Below are positions 50,320 to 62,480 of a DNA stretch of 64,000 nt, piece by piece. This DNA comes from Podarcis bocagei (Eukaryota). The first letter of the stretch is position 1. Each line of letters begins with the position of its first letter. The notes under the pieces were generated by a model, which saw only the letters and a list, made by a program, of their open reading frames with translations, was not told where the DNA came from and searched no databases. Location: assembly GCA_964188305.1 (NCBI GenBank), contig OZ076892.1. One strand, given 5' to 3'. The position numbers and the translations under genes were made by a program.

Positions 50320-51029
50320 GTATTTATTTATACCCTGCCTTTTTCCCTGCTGGGGACTCATGATGAAAACGATGGCCCTTCCTTTGCTAGGATGGATGGC
50401 TGAGGACAGGAGCAGACGGAGGGTCTCAAGACCCCCTCCTCCTTCTTAGTACAGACAGGCAAGTAAACAGGGTCAGCTGCTCAAATTCCCTGGGAGTGGA
50501 GGAAATCTCATTAAAGAATTCTGGAAAGCCTCACCTAAAACTATACACATCACTCTATCATGTTTGGTTCTCTGTGTTTATGCAGAATGAATAAATGCAC
50601 ATCCTTAAAGTTATTTGTTTATTGGCTGAAACTATAGCATTTTTTTTCAACTTTTAAAATCTCATTATTAGTTCAGCAGCAGGTGCTGAATGACTGGAGT
50701 TTTTCACTTGCTTGTGCTGAAATATTACTTGGCACCTTTCAGCTGCAAACTGGTGACTGTGTACATGGGGTCCTGCACCCTTTATCATTACCAGGTAGCA
50801 GAGCTGGTGGCCGGCCTCAGGGGTCACAGTTTGGGGAGGTTTTGAACCTGGCACTCCAAAACTTTAACAACTACTGCATCCTATATTGGCACACATTTCT
50901 GAAAGTCATTTCCACTTTCAGACCAGTTTGCAATGGCAGGGAGCCTGTTTCCATGGACCGTGCCTTGCCCTCGGTGGCACCAGTTTCAAGCTGGAAAGCT
51001 GCTTTTTCCCCTTCTCAAACAGCGTTCTT

Positions 51030-52200
51030 TGGAGTGTGCCGCGCGGTGACTTTTCCGCAGGGAGGGTTAGCCAGGTGCGCTAGAAGAGGTGCCTAAGAGA
51101 GAAGGGGCTCATCCCAGGGGCCCCCTTGGTCCTTCCCGCCAGCTGCCCAACAGGAGAAGGGCAGGAAGGTCACTCTGCAGCCCCGGCATCCTGGAGAGGC
51201 GGGCTGCCTCCGAAAACGGAGGCTCCGCCGTTCACCCCTCCCTCCCTCCCTCCGGGGATCTGTGCCCCACCTGAGCCGGGAGGCCGCCGGCTCGCTTCCC
51301 ACCTCGTAAACACTGAGAAACGGCGAAGAGCAGCGATGGATTGGTAGATGGGGTCGGGCGCAGCAACTGCCCTCGAAGCTGCTTCGGGCAAGGCTCTCCG
51401 ACCCCAGTTCCGTGCTCGAAGGAACCTCGGCGGCCCCCAAGCTCGGGCGCCTCTGAGATGGTCCTCGTCCGCCAGCCGGCAAAGTTCGGCTCCCGCTTCC
51501 CCTGCGGAGCTGGAGCACCAGGCTCCGCCCGCTCCTCTCCCCGAGGCACTCTGCACATGCTCATAGGATCCATCAGCTTTGCGCGCGCTGCCGCCCCCTC
51601 GGGCGCGACTCACCATGGCTGTTGTTGTTGACGATGCTGCGGCCGCCGCCGGCGGCAGGCGCTTCCCGGCACTGCTGCTGCTGCTGGAGGCGCCCAGCTG
51701 AGCCCGGCCCGCAGCCGCAGAGCCAGCCAGGCCGGCCCTGTAACCTGATCCCCCCTCCGCCCACCGCCCCGCCTCACCCGGCCGGGCTTCGCGGGCTTCG
51801 CAGACTGCTCCGGCTCCCAAGGCCCCGCGCCCTCCCAGGAGCAAAGCGGAGGTAGCGGGGAGATCAGCTCCCGGCCTCCGCTCCAGAGGCGCCCCCGGAC
51901 CGCCCCTCAGGGCCCCGGGAGCGGGGTGGATGGTGCCCCTCACTCCCCGCGATGCCTGGGTTCGCTTGGGGCGAAAGAGCGGCTCCAAGGGAACGAACGG
52001 GGTCCCGCTGCTGCCCAGGCTGCGCCTCCATCCCGGCTAGAGGCTGTGCTAAAGGAGGCCCGTCCCAGGCACACCTGAAAGAGGCCTCGTTGCCCCAGGG
52101 TGACTGGTCGGAGGATCCCCCTGCCCGGGTGACTCGGGGAGCCCCTGTTGCTCACGCTGTTCTCTCTGCTTGCCCGGTCCCGGCGGCCTTGCTTGGTCCC
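51030..52200. promoter_or_regulatory. CpG island and promoter of PLEKHG4, with GC boxes
   Basis: Abrupt GC- and CpG-rich stretch in otherwise CpG-depleted DNA; clustered CCGCCC motifs at 51757-51773; contains the ATG exon. Confidence 0.88.
51614..51616 (-). CDS. PLEKHG4: Coding exon 1: initiator ATG only
   Basis: The minus strand reads ACAGCC ATG|gtgagt (good Kozak context, consensus donor) inside the CpG island. A phase-0 join to exon 2 gives [21 protein letters not shown], collinear with the recalled N-termini of KIAA1755 (MDPPSLDTAIQ...LYPPF) and ARHGEF40 (MEPEPVEDCVQSTL...LYPPF). Confidence 0.8.
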
Positions 52201-54679
52201 CCAGCCTCCACCTGCCTCCAGCACTCCAGGCTGTGGTCCTGCAAAGCCAGTCCTTAGCCACCTCAGTTTGGGGTTCGGGCTCCTGCTCCACGTTGCAGGG
52301 ATTGCCAGAGAGGCCACCACTAACCTCCTCTGCGCTCCCTACCACTCTGTGACTTTGCCTGTAATGATCCTGGCACTGGCACCCGCCAGACCCCAGAGGC
52401 CTCTTGGCAACCCCTGGCACACACACAAGCCATCTAGTCCTTGAAGCATTGCACCCTCTGGAGCCCCTGGTTGGCCTCTTCTAGTGCCAGCCACATCCTC
52501 ACCCAAGTGGATTCCCAAACTGTGTGGTGGGGAGAGGGGCCTAATGCCAGGAAGAGATGCCAAGCCTTGAGACCACCCCTTGATTTTGGCCAACGGAGTG
52601 ATGTCCAGCTTCAAGCCAGTCTTCAAGAGGCAGGCATCATGTTGGGTCCCTAAAACAATCCTGAGCCTTGAAGTCAGCATTTTCTTTTGCCCCCCTCCCC
52701 ATGACCCCAACCCATCTGACTGCACTTGTCCTTCAGCCTCTCTTAGCAAAAATAAACCCTTTAACGCCCCCCCCCCCACAACAGCTTGGTCTGCCAGCGT
52801 TGCACTTGTCACCCCCTCCCTTCTGTGGTGCCAGGTTCCGAGGCCCTTCGTTGCCAATCCCAGGTGGCACCAATATGCAGGTATAGTTTAAAAGGCTAAG
52901 TAATTCCTGTAGCTGTTCAGGAACAATTTTTCTGGGGTGTATACTTGGCTTCTCAGGTGACAAGCTGAGTGCTACGAGTTCAGTGTTGCTGTGCTGTGCC
53001 TTTTGTACAATCTAAATAGGTCAGATTGGGAAAAGGGCCCTCAGCCCTTTGTGGTGCCAACAAATCACTTGAGCTTGTGTGAGTGGCAAACTTGTGCCTA
53101 AACTGCCTACATTCTAATCCAGCTCCCGGGCCTGCAAAAAGGACATTGACCAGATGATGTCCCTAGTCCACTCTTTCAACACCCACTCCAATATGGAACC
53201 ACATTTTTCAAAGGCAACTCATGAAACTGATCCTCCCATGTCGTGCGCCCATTCCCCAGAAAACTCAACAAGACAGCTGGGTGGTGAAATGCAGTTTTTA
53301 TGCCACAAGGCCCCTGGGAATAAGTGGTGCATCACCCCTTCCAGTCTGTCCTGTTCCAGGTAGTGGGCATTGCTTGAACCCAAGTGGGTGGGTGTTCTAT
53401 GTACAGTTTTCTAGAATTGCAGGCCACCTACCACTCGTCCCAATTTGGGATCAAGCAAACCAAGTCAGGTCTAGCAAAGGCCAGCAAGGTAAGGTCATAT
53501 AATGCAGGGTGGGAAATCTAGATAAACAAGGTCAGGCAAAGCAGAGGTCAAGGTCCAAAAGGCAAGCAAGCAAGATGTTTAGCATCCTGGAGAGCTCCAA
53601 ATGGAGTCTGGAGAGGCAGGCTGAAATGTTGCTCCAGCTACCAGCAAACCCAGGCTCAGGGACTACAGCTTCCTCTGGGCAGCTACTCCTGCCTCCTCCT
53701 AAGGAGTGGAGTCCTGACCAGGCCCAGTTTGGCATTCTTTTTTTTATAAATGTTTTTATTTATTTATTTTCAAATTACAGTAACAACAAAAAAATAAATT
53801 GTCCAACAACAACCAACCCAAGCTTGTCCTCTTATATGTACAGATGTGTATCATGCATTATAATAAAGTTTCATTCAATTATTCTAAACGGTCTTGCCAT
53901 GTTTTCCCATGAGCATCAGGTGGCTTCCTTCCATGGTCTAAATGATTCATGTACTCAATAAATATTTGCCATGTATTACAGAATGAGAATGGATTGTGTT
54001 TGTCACTAGCTGCTCTGACTTGACAGGCCAGCTTCTTGGCCAATACTATTGACCACACTCTAGGAGTCAATGTTAAGACCTGTTCCTGTTGTCCAGCTTC
54101 TGGCAATTTCCATACATGCTGCTGTTAGCAGAAAAGTTAGGAGCTCATTATTAGAATAATCTAGAGTGGGTGGGAGTCTAGAGCACTGAATAAGCCTGAG
54201 TTTTTGGCCCAAGATGCACTTGGCATTCCCAGCGTCTTCCCTTGAGTCCTGATTCATGGCAGGCTCTTTTCCTTAATGTTAGTCTTCATCCCTTCCAGTG
54301 AATCCCTTGCCATCCTAGGCTCCCAGATGCCTTGGTAGAAGGGTAACACAGATCTCTGCCAACAGATAAGTGGTGTGGTCAGCTTTGGGGTATTGATCGA
54401 ACACAAGGAGGGGGAGAGCAGCCATCACTGGGATGGTGTCTCTTGGTGGAGCTTCTCCCTGCTCTCTTTCCTTGACTTTCTCTCTTTGGACAGGAGGCAA
54501 ATGGATAGGGGCCAGGACTGATAGGGCACTGGGCTCAGCACCCCAGGAGTTAAAACTCCCAACAAAGCAGGAAGGGTTGAACCACCTGCCCCAGCCTCCT
54601 AGTTGCAGAAGTTCCACTCTTGAGTGTCAGAACAGTCCCCACCGACCATGCACCAGAGAATGCCCAGATACAATGTCCA

Positions 54680-55020
54680 GGTGCCCAGTATACCTGAAGG
54701 AACGCCTCCACCCCCATTGTTCAGCCCAGACACTGAGGTCCAGCTCCAAGAGTCTTCTGGCAGCTCTCTCACTGCAAGAAGTGAGGTTACTGGGAAGCAG
54801 GCAGAGGGCCTTCTCGGTAGTGGCACCCACCCTGTGGAATGCCCTCCCATCAGATATAAGGAAATAAACAACTACCTGACTTTTAGAAAACATCTGAAGG
54901 CAGCTCCGTTTAGGGAAATTTTTAATGTTTGATGTTTTATCGTGTTTTTAATATTCTATTGGGAGCTGCCCAGAATGGCTGTGGAAACCCAGCCAGATGG
55001 GCAGGGTATAAATAATAAAT
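54680..55020 (+). mobile_element. L2 LINE 3' end
   Basis: Encodes PVYLKERL...RAFSVVAPTLWNALPSDI, typical of the L2 ORF2 C-terminus, followed by an AT-rich tail. A reverse tail fragment lies at about 26925-27010. Confidence 0.8.
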
Positions 55021-56566
55021 TACTGTACTATTATTACTACTACTACTACTTCTTCACCGGGCTTACTGCCCCCAAGTGGTGAGTTTGCAGACTACATCAT
55101 AGAAATGGTTAAATCCTGCCAGGCAGGTTTTCCCGTTTCCCCCACACTTCCTTGGCCTCTTTCTGCTAATCCTTGGCTTCAGTCTTTCATTGATATAGTC
55201 CTTTCTCCCAATCTTTTATTTTGACCCCATGCGAGTCAATACCTTCCCTGGAGCACCTGCTAAAAGCAGCAGCACCACCAGCCCAGCATATGAGGCAGCT
55301 TTGCCCAACCTGGTGCCCTTCAGATGTCTCAGACTGTGAATCCCAAAAGCTCCATCCAGTGTGGGAATAAGAAAGGCTGTGTAAGACGTGGGACTTTCTC
55401 TCCTGGAAGCTCCACTGGGATGGACAGGGTTCTTGAGTACGTCCTGTCCCTTGCAGGGGAGCTGGTGTGTGTCCTAGTAGGGGGCTGTAGCCAACACAAG
55501 CCTCCTGATTTTCCCAGCACCCAGCTAGTTCCCAGCCCTGCCCCGTGGCTGACCACCAGGCACTCCTCACAAATCGCCAGCATCTGGTTCCACGGTAGGA
55601 CACAAAGGTGGAACTTCCAAAAATCCCCCACTCCCTTATACACACACTGAAAGTTCTGCTTAATAAATGTTGGGAATGAAACATTACGGAAATGCCGATT
55701 GCAAGTCATGGAACCATAATCACAATCCTATCAAGGGAGGCTGAAGGCTTTTTCCTCTTAGAGAGGAAGTCATTTTGTGTGGCAAATTCCTCCACCGGTC
55801 ACAGTCAATTGTTTCCAATGGCCAGGGGCCAAAGGCGGGAGGGAGGGGTTACAGTAACAGCCAGGAAGGAAATGGTCTGTTAAACTGGAACAAGGAGAGC
55901 AATGCAGGGAGTGGGTGGCTGTTCAGGTAAGGTCTCTCAGGGCTTCCAGTTCGATAAAACAGGCAGGAAGAAGCAGGTCCAAGGCCCAGGCCCAGGCCAA
56001 GATGGAGCAAATAAGAGAATGCTCAGTTGGGGGGGGGGAGTCATAAGGCAACTGGTCCTGGTCCGTCCCCCCCTATCAGAAGCTGTATCCTGAAGGTTGG
56101 TGGGATCCCACCATTTATCCATGGCCTGAGCAGTCCAGAGGGAGAAAAAACAAAACTAGAAAAGAACTAAGCTATGGTAACATCCTTCATGGGGTTGCCA
56201 CCCCTTTTCGTTAGTATCTCAAAGTTTTGGACAGCCCCCTCACACCAACATTTGTAGAACTGCAACTTTTAAGCACTTGCTTTTTCTCTCCCCACCCCCC
56301 AATCCCTTTTTATTATTTGATTATCATTATTATATTTCTATATTGCCCTTCATTTGAGAGTCACAAGGCGGTTTACAATGTAAGACCACAAAAATGCATA
56401 ACATTGTAAGAAACAAACAAAATAAAAAAAGACCTCACGTTGTTTAAAAGGCTATAGATTATTTAATTAGCAAAGGCCTGGGAAAAGGGAATGTTAGTTT
56501 TTATTTATATATTAATTTCCCTCACGTGCAACATATTTTGAGATAGTAAGTCTGAGTTTCTTACTA

Positions 56567-56747
56567 CAGTGGTACCTCCGGTTGCAGATTGGATCCGTTC
56601 CAGAGGTCCGGTCAGATCCGGTGGTTTCCGCAATCTGAAGACCGCTTCTGCGCATGCGTGCGGGGGCAAGACCTGGTAAAATACTTCCGGGTTTGCTGCG
56701 CGTGCATCCCGAAGTTGACATAACCAGAGGGTTACGTAAATGGACTG
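56567..56747. mobile_element. Tigger-like MITE with a degenerate right terminal repeat
   Basis: TA|CAGTGGTACCTCCGGTTGC...GGACTG|TA. Confidence 0.7.
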
Positions 56748-56749
56748 TA

Positions 56750-56988
56750 CAGTGGTACCTTGGGTTACATACTCTTCAGGTTACATACGCTTCAGGTTAC
56801 AGACTCTGCTAACCCAGAAATAGTACCTTGGGTTAAGAACTTTGCTTCAGGATGAGAACAGAAATCGTGCAGCGGCGCAGTGGCAGCAGGAGGCCCCATT
56901 AGCTAAAGTGGTGCTTCAGGTTAAGAACAGTTTCAGGTTAAGAACGGACCTCCGGAACGAATTAAGTACTTAACCCGAGGTACCACTG
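56750..56988. mobile_element. Tigger-like MITE abutting the previous element
   Basis: TA|CAGTGGTACCTTGGGTTA...TAACCCGAGGTACCACTG|TA. Confidence 0.87.
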
Positions 56989-57495
56989 TACTGATTTTTG
57001 TTAGCTGCTCTGGGAGCACTTTCAGCTAAAGTGTGGGGTAAAAATAGTCTAAATAAACCCTGCTCTGTGTAGCCACCTGGGGTAGTTTAACATCTACTGT
57101 GAAGAGAAACATGGAGTGGGAATGCACAGACCCTCAGTTCACTCTGATCCCTTAGTTTGTGGGAATAAATACACCCCTTCCAACATGGTTGAAAATAAAG
57201 TTGGCAGAAATGCCCGTGTGCAAAAAGTTCTCAATAGGTGAAATCTATAGCTAGGAAATGATTCAGCCTCAGCACAAAGGCTAAGATTTCTGGCAACTCA
57301 CTACTAGAACACACTGGTGGCCAAATAAATGAAACCCCCCTCCCTAGGCATTTTGGTGGGGTGTGGCTGACTTGAACTGGCCACCTTTCGGACACAGGAG
57401 AGGTGGAAGTCTGTATGGGACCCCCACTCTGAGCATACAGGGAGACCTCTGCTATCCATGCGCCCACAAGGTGCACCCAGCATACTGAGAGTCAA

Positions 57496-57738
57496 CATGG
57501 TGTAGTGGTGAGTGTTGGACTAGCATGGTGTAGTGGTGAGTGTTGGACTAGGAGATTGGGGTTCATATTTGCACTCGGCTATGAAGCTGCCTAGGTGACT
57601 TTGGGCCAGTTTCTGCCTCTCAGCCTAACCTACCTCACAGGGTTGTTGTGAGAATTAAACGAAGTGAGGGAGAACCACGTACACCACCTTAAATTACTTG
57701 GATGAAAAGGTGGGATAGAAATGGAATGGAATGAAATA
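57496..57738 (+). mobile_element. Old tRNA-derived SINE (MIR-like body) with a duplicated head
   Basis: ATGGTGTAGTGG A-box, then GGTGACTTTGGGCCAG...CTCTCAGCCTAACCTACCTCACAGGGTTGTTGTGAG. Confidence 0.65.
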
Positions 57739-58403
57739 AATCAATGCAGAAGCCTGCACTACCTTGGCCAAGAGGAAAGTTAAGTTCCAGGCTACATTGG
57801 CGAGATCAGAAGCAGGAGAGGATTTGAAAGAAAAGCTCTGGGAAATCTCTGGTCTCCTCCCATCTGTGGGAACCATAAACGAGCCCACTGCTGACCTCCT
57901 GCTCATCCCAGCAGAAGCTGCTCATTCAGATCAGAAAGGCTTCCCTCTTCCCTCCCCATCCTCTGCCAAGCCAGATCAAAAAGCTATTGGATTATCTTGG
58001 CAATGAAAAATGTTTATCTTGCTGACTCTTAATCACCTTCATTCCATGCTGAGCAGCTTTGCAGGCCTACAGGGGTCTGGATTAATGCTGTGGGCTCTCC
58101 AAGGGACAGAAGGGCAGCCTGTCTACAGCAGCCAGATGCTGTCTGCTGCTGAACCAGCCAATGCATTAACTGCTCCAGAATTAGGGCAAGTTGCCCCCCA
58201 CCCACTGCCTTCCCCCTCCCCACAGGTTTGTCCTTCAGGCAGCCTCTTGGCTTTCATGCCTGTTGCTTCTGGGGGATCCTCCTTGGTGTTCCTGACGCCC
58301 TGCTTTCCCAGTTAATGGTGGCTCTACACAAGTGCTTGACATAGTGCTTATTATCCTGTGGTGCTCTTCCTGATGGCCAAGATTCTGTAGCATTTACTCA
58401 CAA

Positions 58404-58743
58404 GGCGCTGCGGGTTAAACCACAGAGCCTAGGACTTGCCGATCAGAAGGTTGGCGGTTCGAATCCCCGTGACGGGGTGAGCTCCTGTTGCTCAGTCCCT
58501 GCTCCTGCAACCTAGCAGTTCGAAAGCACATCAAAGTGCAAGTAGATAAATAGGTACCGCTCCGGCGGGAAGGTAAACGGCGTTTCCATGCGCTGCTCTG
58601 GTTCGCCAGAAGCGGCTTAGTCATGCTGGCCACATGACCCGGAAGCTGTATGCCGGCTCCTTTGGCCAATAAAGCGAGATGAGCGCCGCAACCCCAGAGT
58701 CAGTCACGACTGGACCTAATGGTCAGGGATCCCTTTACCTTTT
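58404..58743 (+). mobile_element. Sauria SINE, slightly 5'-truncated
   Basis: Highly similar to 9881-10230. Confidence 0.9.
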
Positions 58744-61700
58744 TAAGCTCTATTCAGCAAAGGATTCCAGCAGTTAATTAACTGCTTCCTCCAAGTAGAT
58801 TCAAATTGTGTTCAAGGCAGCTGAACAGTCAGTGGAAATACCTCATTTATTGTGCCTTGATTATTGTGACTTTATGCCTATCAAATCTTTATTCTGCACT
58901 TCTTCCAAGCTACTCTCTTTTTCTCATCACAGCAACCTTGTGAGGTGGGATGGCAACCCTTCCTTCTTATAGCAAAGCAATTTTGTTCTGTTAAAGAATG
59001 AAAATAAAGCCTTCCCCCTGCAAGAACAGAAACTTGACATTGGAACAGTGAAAAGAGGTTATATCAGGCGCAGTTAATAGGCTATCAGTTACCAGACCCT
59101 CACCCTTGCCTCTCAGGAAGCAGTAAAATGGGATGAACCTGCAAGCAGGAAATGTGTAATTAAAGCTACACTTTTAGAAAATGGGGGGGGGGGCAGTTTG
59201 AACACAAGGGAACAGGACTGCATTCTTTTGCCACCACACAGTGTGGCTGACCTTTGGAAGCTCATTCTCTCTCACACACACTTTCATTTTCACTGCTGTG
59301 CTTTCCCCTTGTTCATCACATTAGAGCACCAGCAGCAGGAATGCGGCCTCTATACTGCTGCAAGCAACTGGTGTAAACTTTAAGAAGGGTTGTGGGTATG
59401 GGGCTGGCTCCGCTGCTGCCTGGGTTTGGACTCGCTCTGCAATCTTGCACTGTTGGGCAAGAGCTCACCTGCCCTTCAACAGGTGCTAGAAGGCAACAGC
59501 GAAGCCTTTCAGATGACTTTAAAACAAGAAGTTGAAGAGCAGAGGGAAGAAACACAACGGAATTCCTCCCAATGGCATTGAGAGTGGGGGTTATCAGCAC
59601 AAGGCAATGTGAAATCCCAGTTGGACAGACTCCACATCAGAAAAAGGGACAGAAGGAAGAAAAGCCACCTCTACACCTCAGGAGGTTGGACACAGTCCTT
59701 GACATGAAGTGAGTGACCTGGTACCATCTGGTCCAGAGGCCATGGAGTCCTCTGTTAACAGAGGGAGGGGAAGGAAGACCTGTGAAGGCATCAGTCTGGC
59801 ACAAAGGTTTGGATTCTTCATCACTGTTATTATGTTATAGTTACGGATTTTAAAACAGGACTTGTGGAAGGGTTTGTGTGGCATGAGAAGCCACAGGGAT
59901 GTCTCTTCTAAGAGAGGGTAGGGGGGCAATGTCCCAAAAAGCCAGCTATCTTAAAATCTGAACATTAGATACCTCCTTAAAATATATTTGTTGTTACATT
60001 ATTCAAAAGTCTCTGCTGCACAATATAGTAGACTACAATACTGTACTGTCAATCATATTGTTAACCTTACTGACTCCAGACGAACTGCTTTTGCCCTCTG
60101 CTGTACATTGCGAAGGCCTTTGGCTATATGCAATAAAAATTTATTGATTGACTCCAGTCTAGCACCTCATGTTTCCCAAAGCTTATTTTCATGTTCAGAG
60201 AAACTGAGCCTGCCAGGAGCTTTATTTTGATCCAGCAGCTTAGGTTTTGCATTGCTCTTGTTAGTTAGCTGGCCAAAGAGCTGCTTGGCAAAGTCCTTTG
60301 ATTAAATGCAGTTCTTGTATAGTTTATCTGAACTGCTGGTCTATTTTTTTTTCATGAAAGAACAATGAAGTTAAAACTTAGTCCATCAGAAAGGTTAAGG
60401 GCACAATCTAAACCCACAATCCACCATGCTAGGGATGGTGGTGGATGCAGCATTGAAAGTGCAGGAGAGCCACTGGTGGGCCTCCTGCTCATAGCTGTCA
60501 AGTGTCCCTTATTTGGTGGGACAGTCCCTTATCCCAGCGCCATGTCCCGCTGCTGTCCCTTATCGATGAGGCTTCGTTTGGCTGCTGGCTGGGCTTTCTG
60601 CCTTTGGCTCGGAAGGGCTCAGAAGTTGAACATACCTGTGCCCGGAAAATCCCTTATTTTGGATGCTGATCCCTTATTTTCGAGGCTGCTGGTCCCTCAT
60701 TTTCAAATCTGTAAGTTGACAGCTATGCTCCTGCTGGTGGAAGCCTAAAACATCTCAGTGGCTACACCAGCTCCAGAAGGGAGTTGCTGCCGCCAGCATT
60801 ATGTGTATGTGTATTTAAATAAGAACAAGAGAGTGTAAGATTATGAGTCATGGGGGTGTCGAGATGTGCATATGAACTTAACAGTGCTTACTTTATTTTT
60901 TGGTTGCAATTTTGTTAATGCCGTTAATATTATTTTATGATTATAAATGCTGTATTGATTTGTCAATCGTATAAGATGACTTTTGCTTTAAGTGTGGATA
61001 TTTAGCTTGTTTTTTATTTGCTGCTTTGTTCACAGTGTTTTACCAATTGTTTCATTGATGGTTTGTTAATCTATACGATTTAAGCTGTATATGTTGATGC
61101 TCTATTATGCTCGATCATGTTGTTATTATTGTTTGTAAATCGCTTGAGGATTCATTTGAATGAAAAAGTGGCATAGAGATATAAGCAGTAAATAAATCAA
61201 AGCAGGATTTTGCCTCCCCACCGCCACCTTCTGCCCAAGCTAGCTTGAAAAACAGGGCTACTGTGGAGATGGCGGATAGTGACTGTGCCCCTATCTGGCT
61301 GGGATTTAGACTGCCCTGTAAGGAAGAAGCTCAGCTTTCTAAAGAAGCACGCAGAGGAGAAGAGCAGGGCAGGGCAGGGCAGAGCCCATAACTCATCAGC
61401 AGAGCCTTCCAGTGCACCTCCAGCAAGAAGGGTCTTAGGAAGGGAGCTATCCAAAGTCAAAGTGGTGGGATAACAGTCTGACTCAGCATGTCAATTCTTG
61501 CAGCTCCTGCTCTGCATTAGAATCTGGGTCAAGAAGCCTGAGCAGAACCAGCAAAGGCAGCTGTAAAATACAGGGCAAAGTGTAGTTTAAATGCTGGTTC
61601 TAACGTAATTACAGTTCTTAACTAGCTTGTCTTTATTCCTTTGTATTTAGTAATGTTTTGAAACACAGTAATCCACCTTGGAACCCAACTTGAGAGAGAA

Positions 61701-62339
61701 AGGCTGGATATGAATACAATATGTAATAATAATAATAATAGTAATAAAAGCCACCTGAAAACAAGGTGATGTCTACACATTAAGCAAACACAAGAGGCTG
61801 GATTTGGGATGAGTAGACAAGCGTGGGACTTGTTGAGAGAAATGGTGAGCACTGATGGATTTGGGACTGAGGGGTTGTTAGGACCAAGGCAACACCACCT
61901 GCCTCTCTAACCCCATTGCACTTCTGCAGAGACCCTCCCAAGGTGGCCACCCTGAGGGAAAGTTATGTTGCCTGGCAAAATCTGTTTCCTGAAAGTCCAG
62001 AGAGTGGATGCCTGTCTTATCTCAACAGGGATGCTGTTCCACAAAGCAGGGACTGTGGAGAAGGTTTCTGTTATTTCTAGCACTTTGAGGAGAGATGCTC
62101 CTGCAGAACGCAGGGCATAAAGGACATGTACAAGATAAGGAAATCTCTCAAGTAACCTGGCCCTGAGCCCTTTATGTTAGTACCAAGCTGCTACCTTGAA
62201 CTTGGGTAGCAGCTTGGCAGCCACTACAAATCCTGCAAGCAAGGTGCTAAGTTCTGGCAGTAGTTTGCCCCCACAAGAAACTTGGCCACTAAGTTCTGCA
62301 CCAGCTGAAGCCTCTGGACCAATTTCAAAGGTAGCCCCA

Positions 62340-62480
62340 CATACAGCTCAGTCGGTAACAACATGAGATAATCTCAGGGCTGTGGGTTCAAGCTCACATT
62401 GGGCAAAAAGATTCCTGCATTGCAGGGGTTTGGACAAGATGAGCCCCGTGGTCCCTTCCAGCTCTCTGATTCTAAGATTT
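62340..62480 (+). mobile_element. tRNA-head SINE with a CR1-like 3' tail
   Basis: AGCTCAGTCGGT...GGGTTCAAGC head; tail ATTCCTGCATTGCAGGGG...GATTCTAAGATT. Related tails lie at about 19480-19550 and 45705-45782. Confidence 0.6.

Larger units (their letters stand above)
1625..51800 (-). other. PLEKHG4: Gene span of a PLEKHG4 (puratrophin-1)-like Rho GEF, 23 coding exons, about 1912 aa
   Basis: Hand-spliced exons give one open frame with DH (LRHIIEEMVMTEQEYV...QLRHGNDLLAMDAI) and PH ([15 protein letters not shown]...[11 protein letters not shown]) domains. The motifs SGSSGSDSGCVS, LRKAQSFD...LSEPA and RPECQALGLTILVDAR match recalled PLEKHG4 better than PLEKHG4B or ARHGEF40. Transcript ends are approximate. 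Confidence 0.88.

Noticed and set aside
50149-50363. Poly-Leu, poly-Ile and poly-Val ORFs resembling signal or transmembrane peptides
   Set aside because: Translation of trinucleotide microsatellites.
51093-51518. Frame giving a phase-0 join (YE|gt) from 51303 to exon 2
   Set aside because: No in-frame ATG after the upstream TGA; the ORF starts only at GTG.
2116-51616. Alternative gene names PLEKHG4B, ARHGEF40 or KIAA1755
   Set aside because: KIAA1755 lacks DH-PH, and the C-terminal and Sec14-region motifs fit recalled PLEKHG4 best. A gene tree is needed for certainty.
51170-51988. 272-aa Gly/Ala/Arg-rich ORF across the CpG island
   Set aside because: Expected stop-codon depletion in GC-rich DNA; only its internal ATG at 51616 has splice and homology support.
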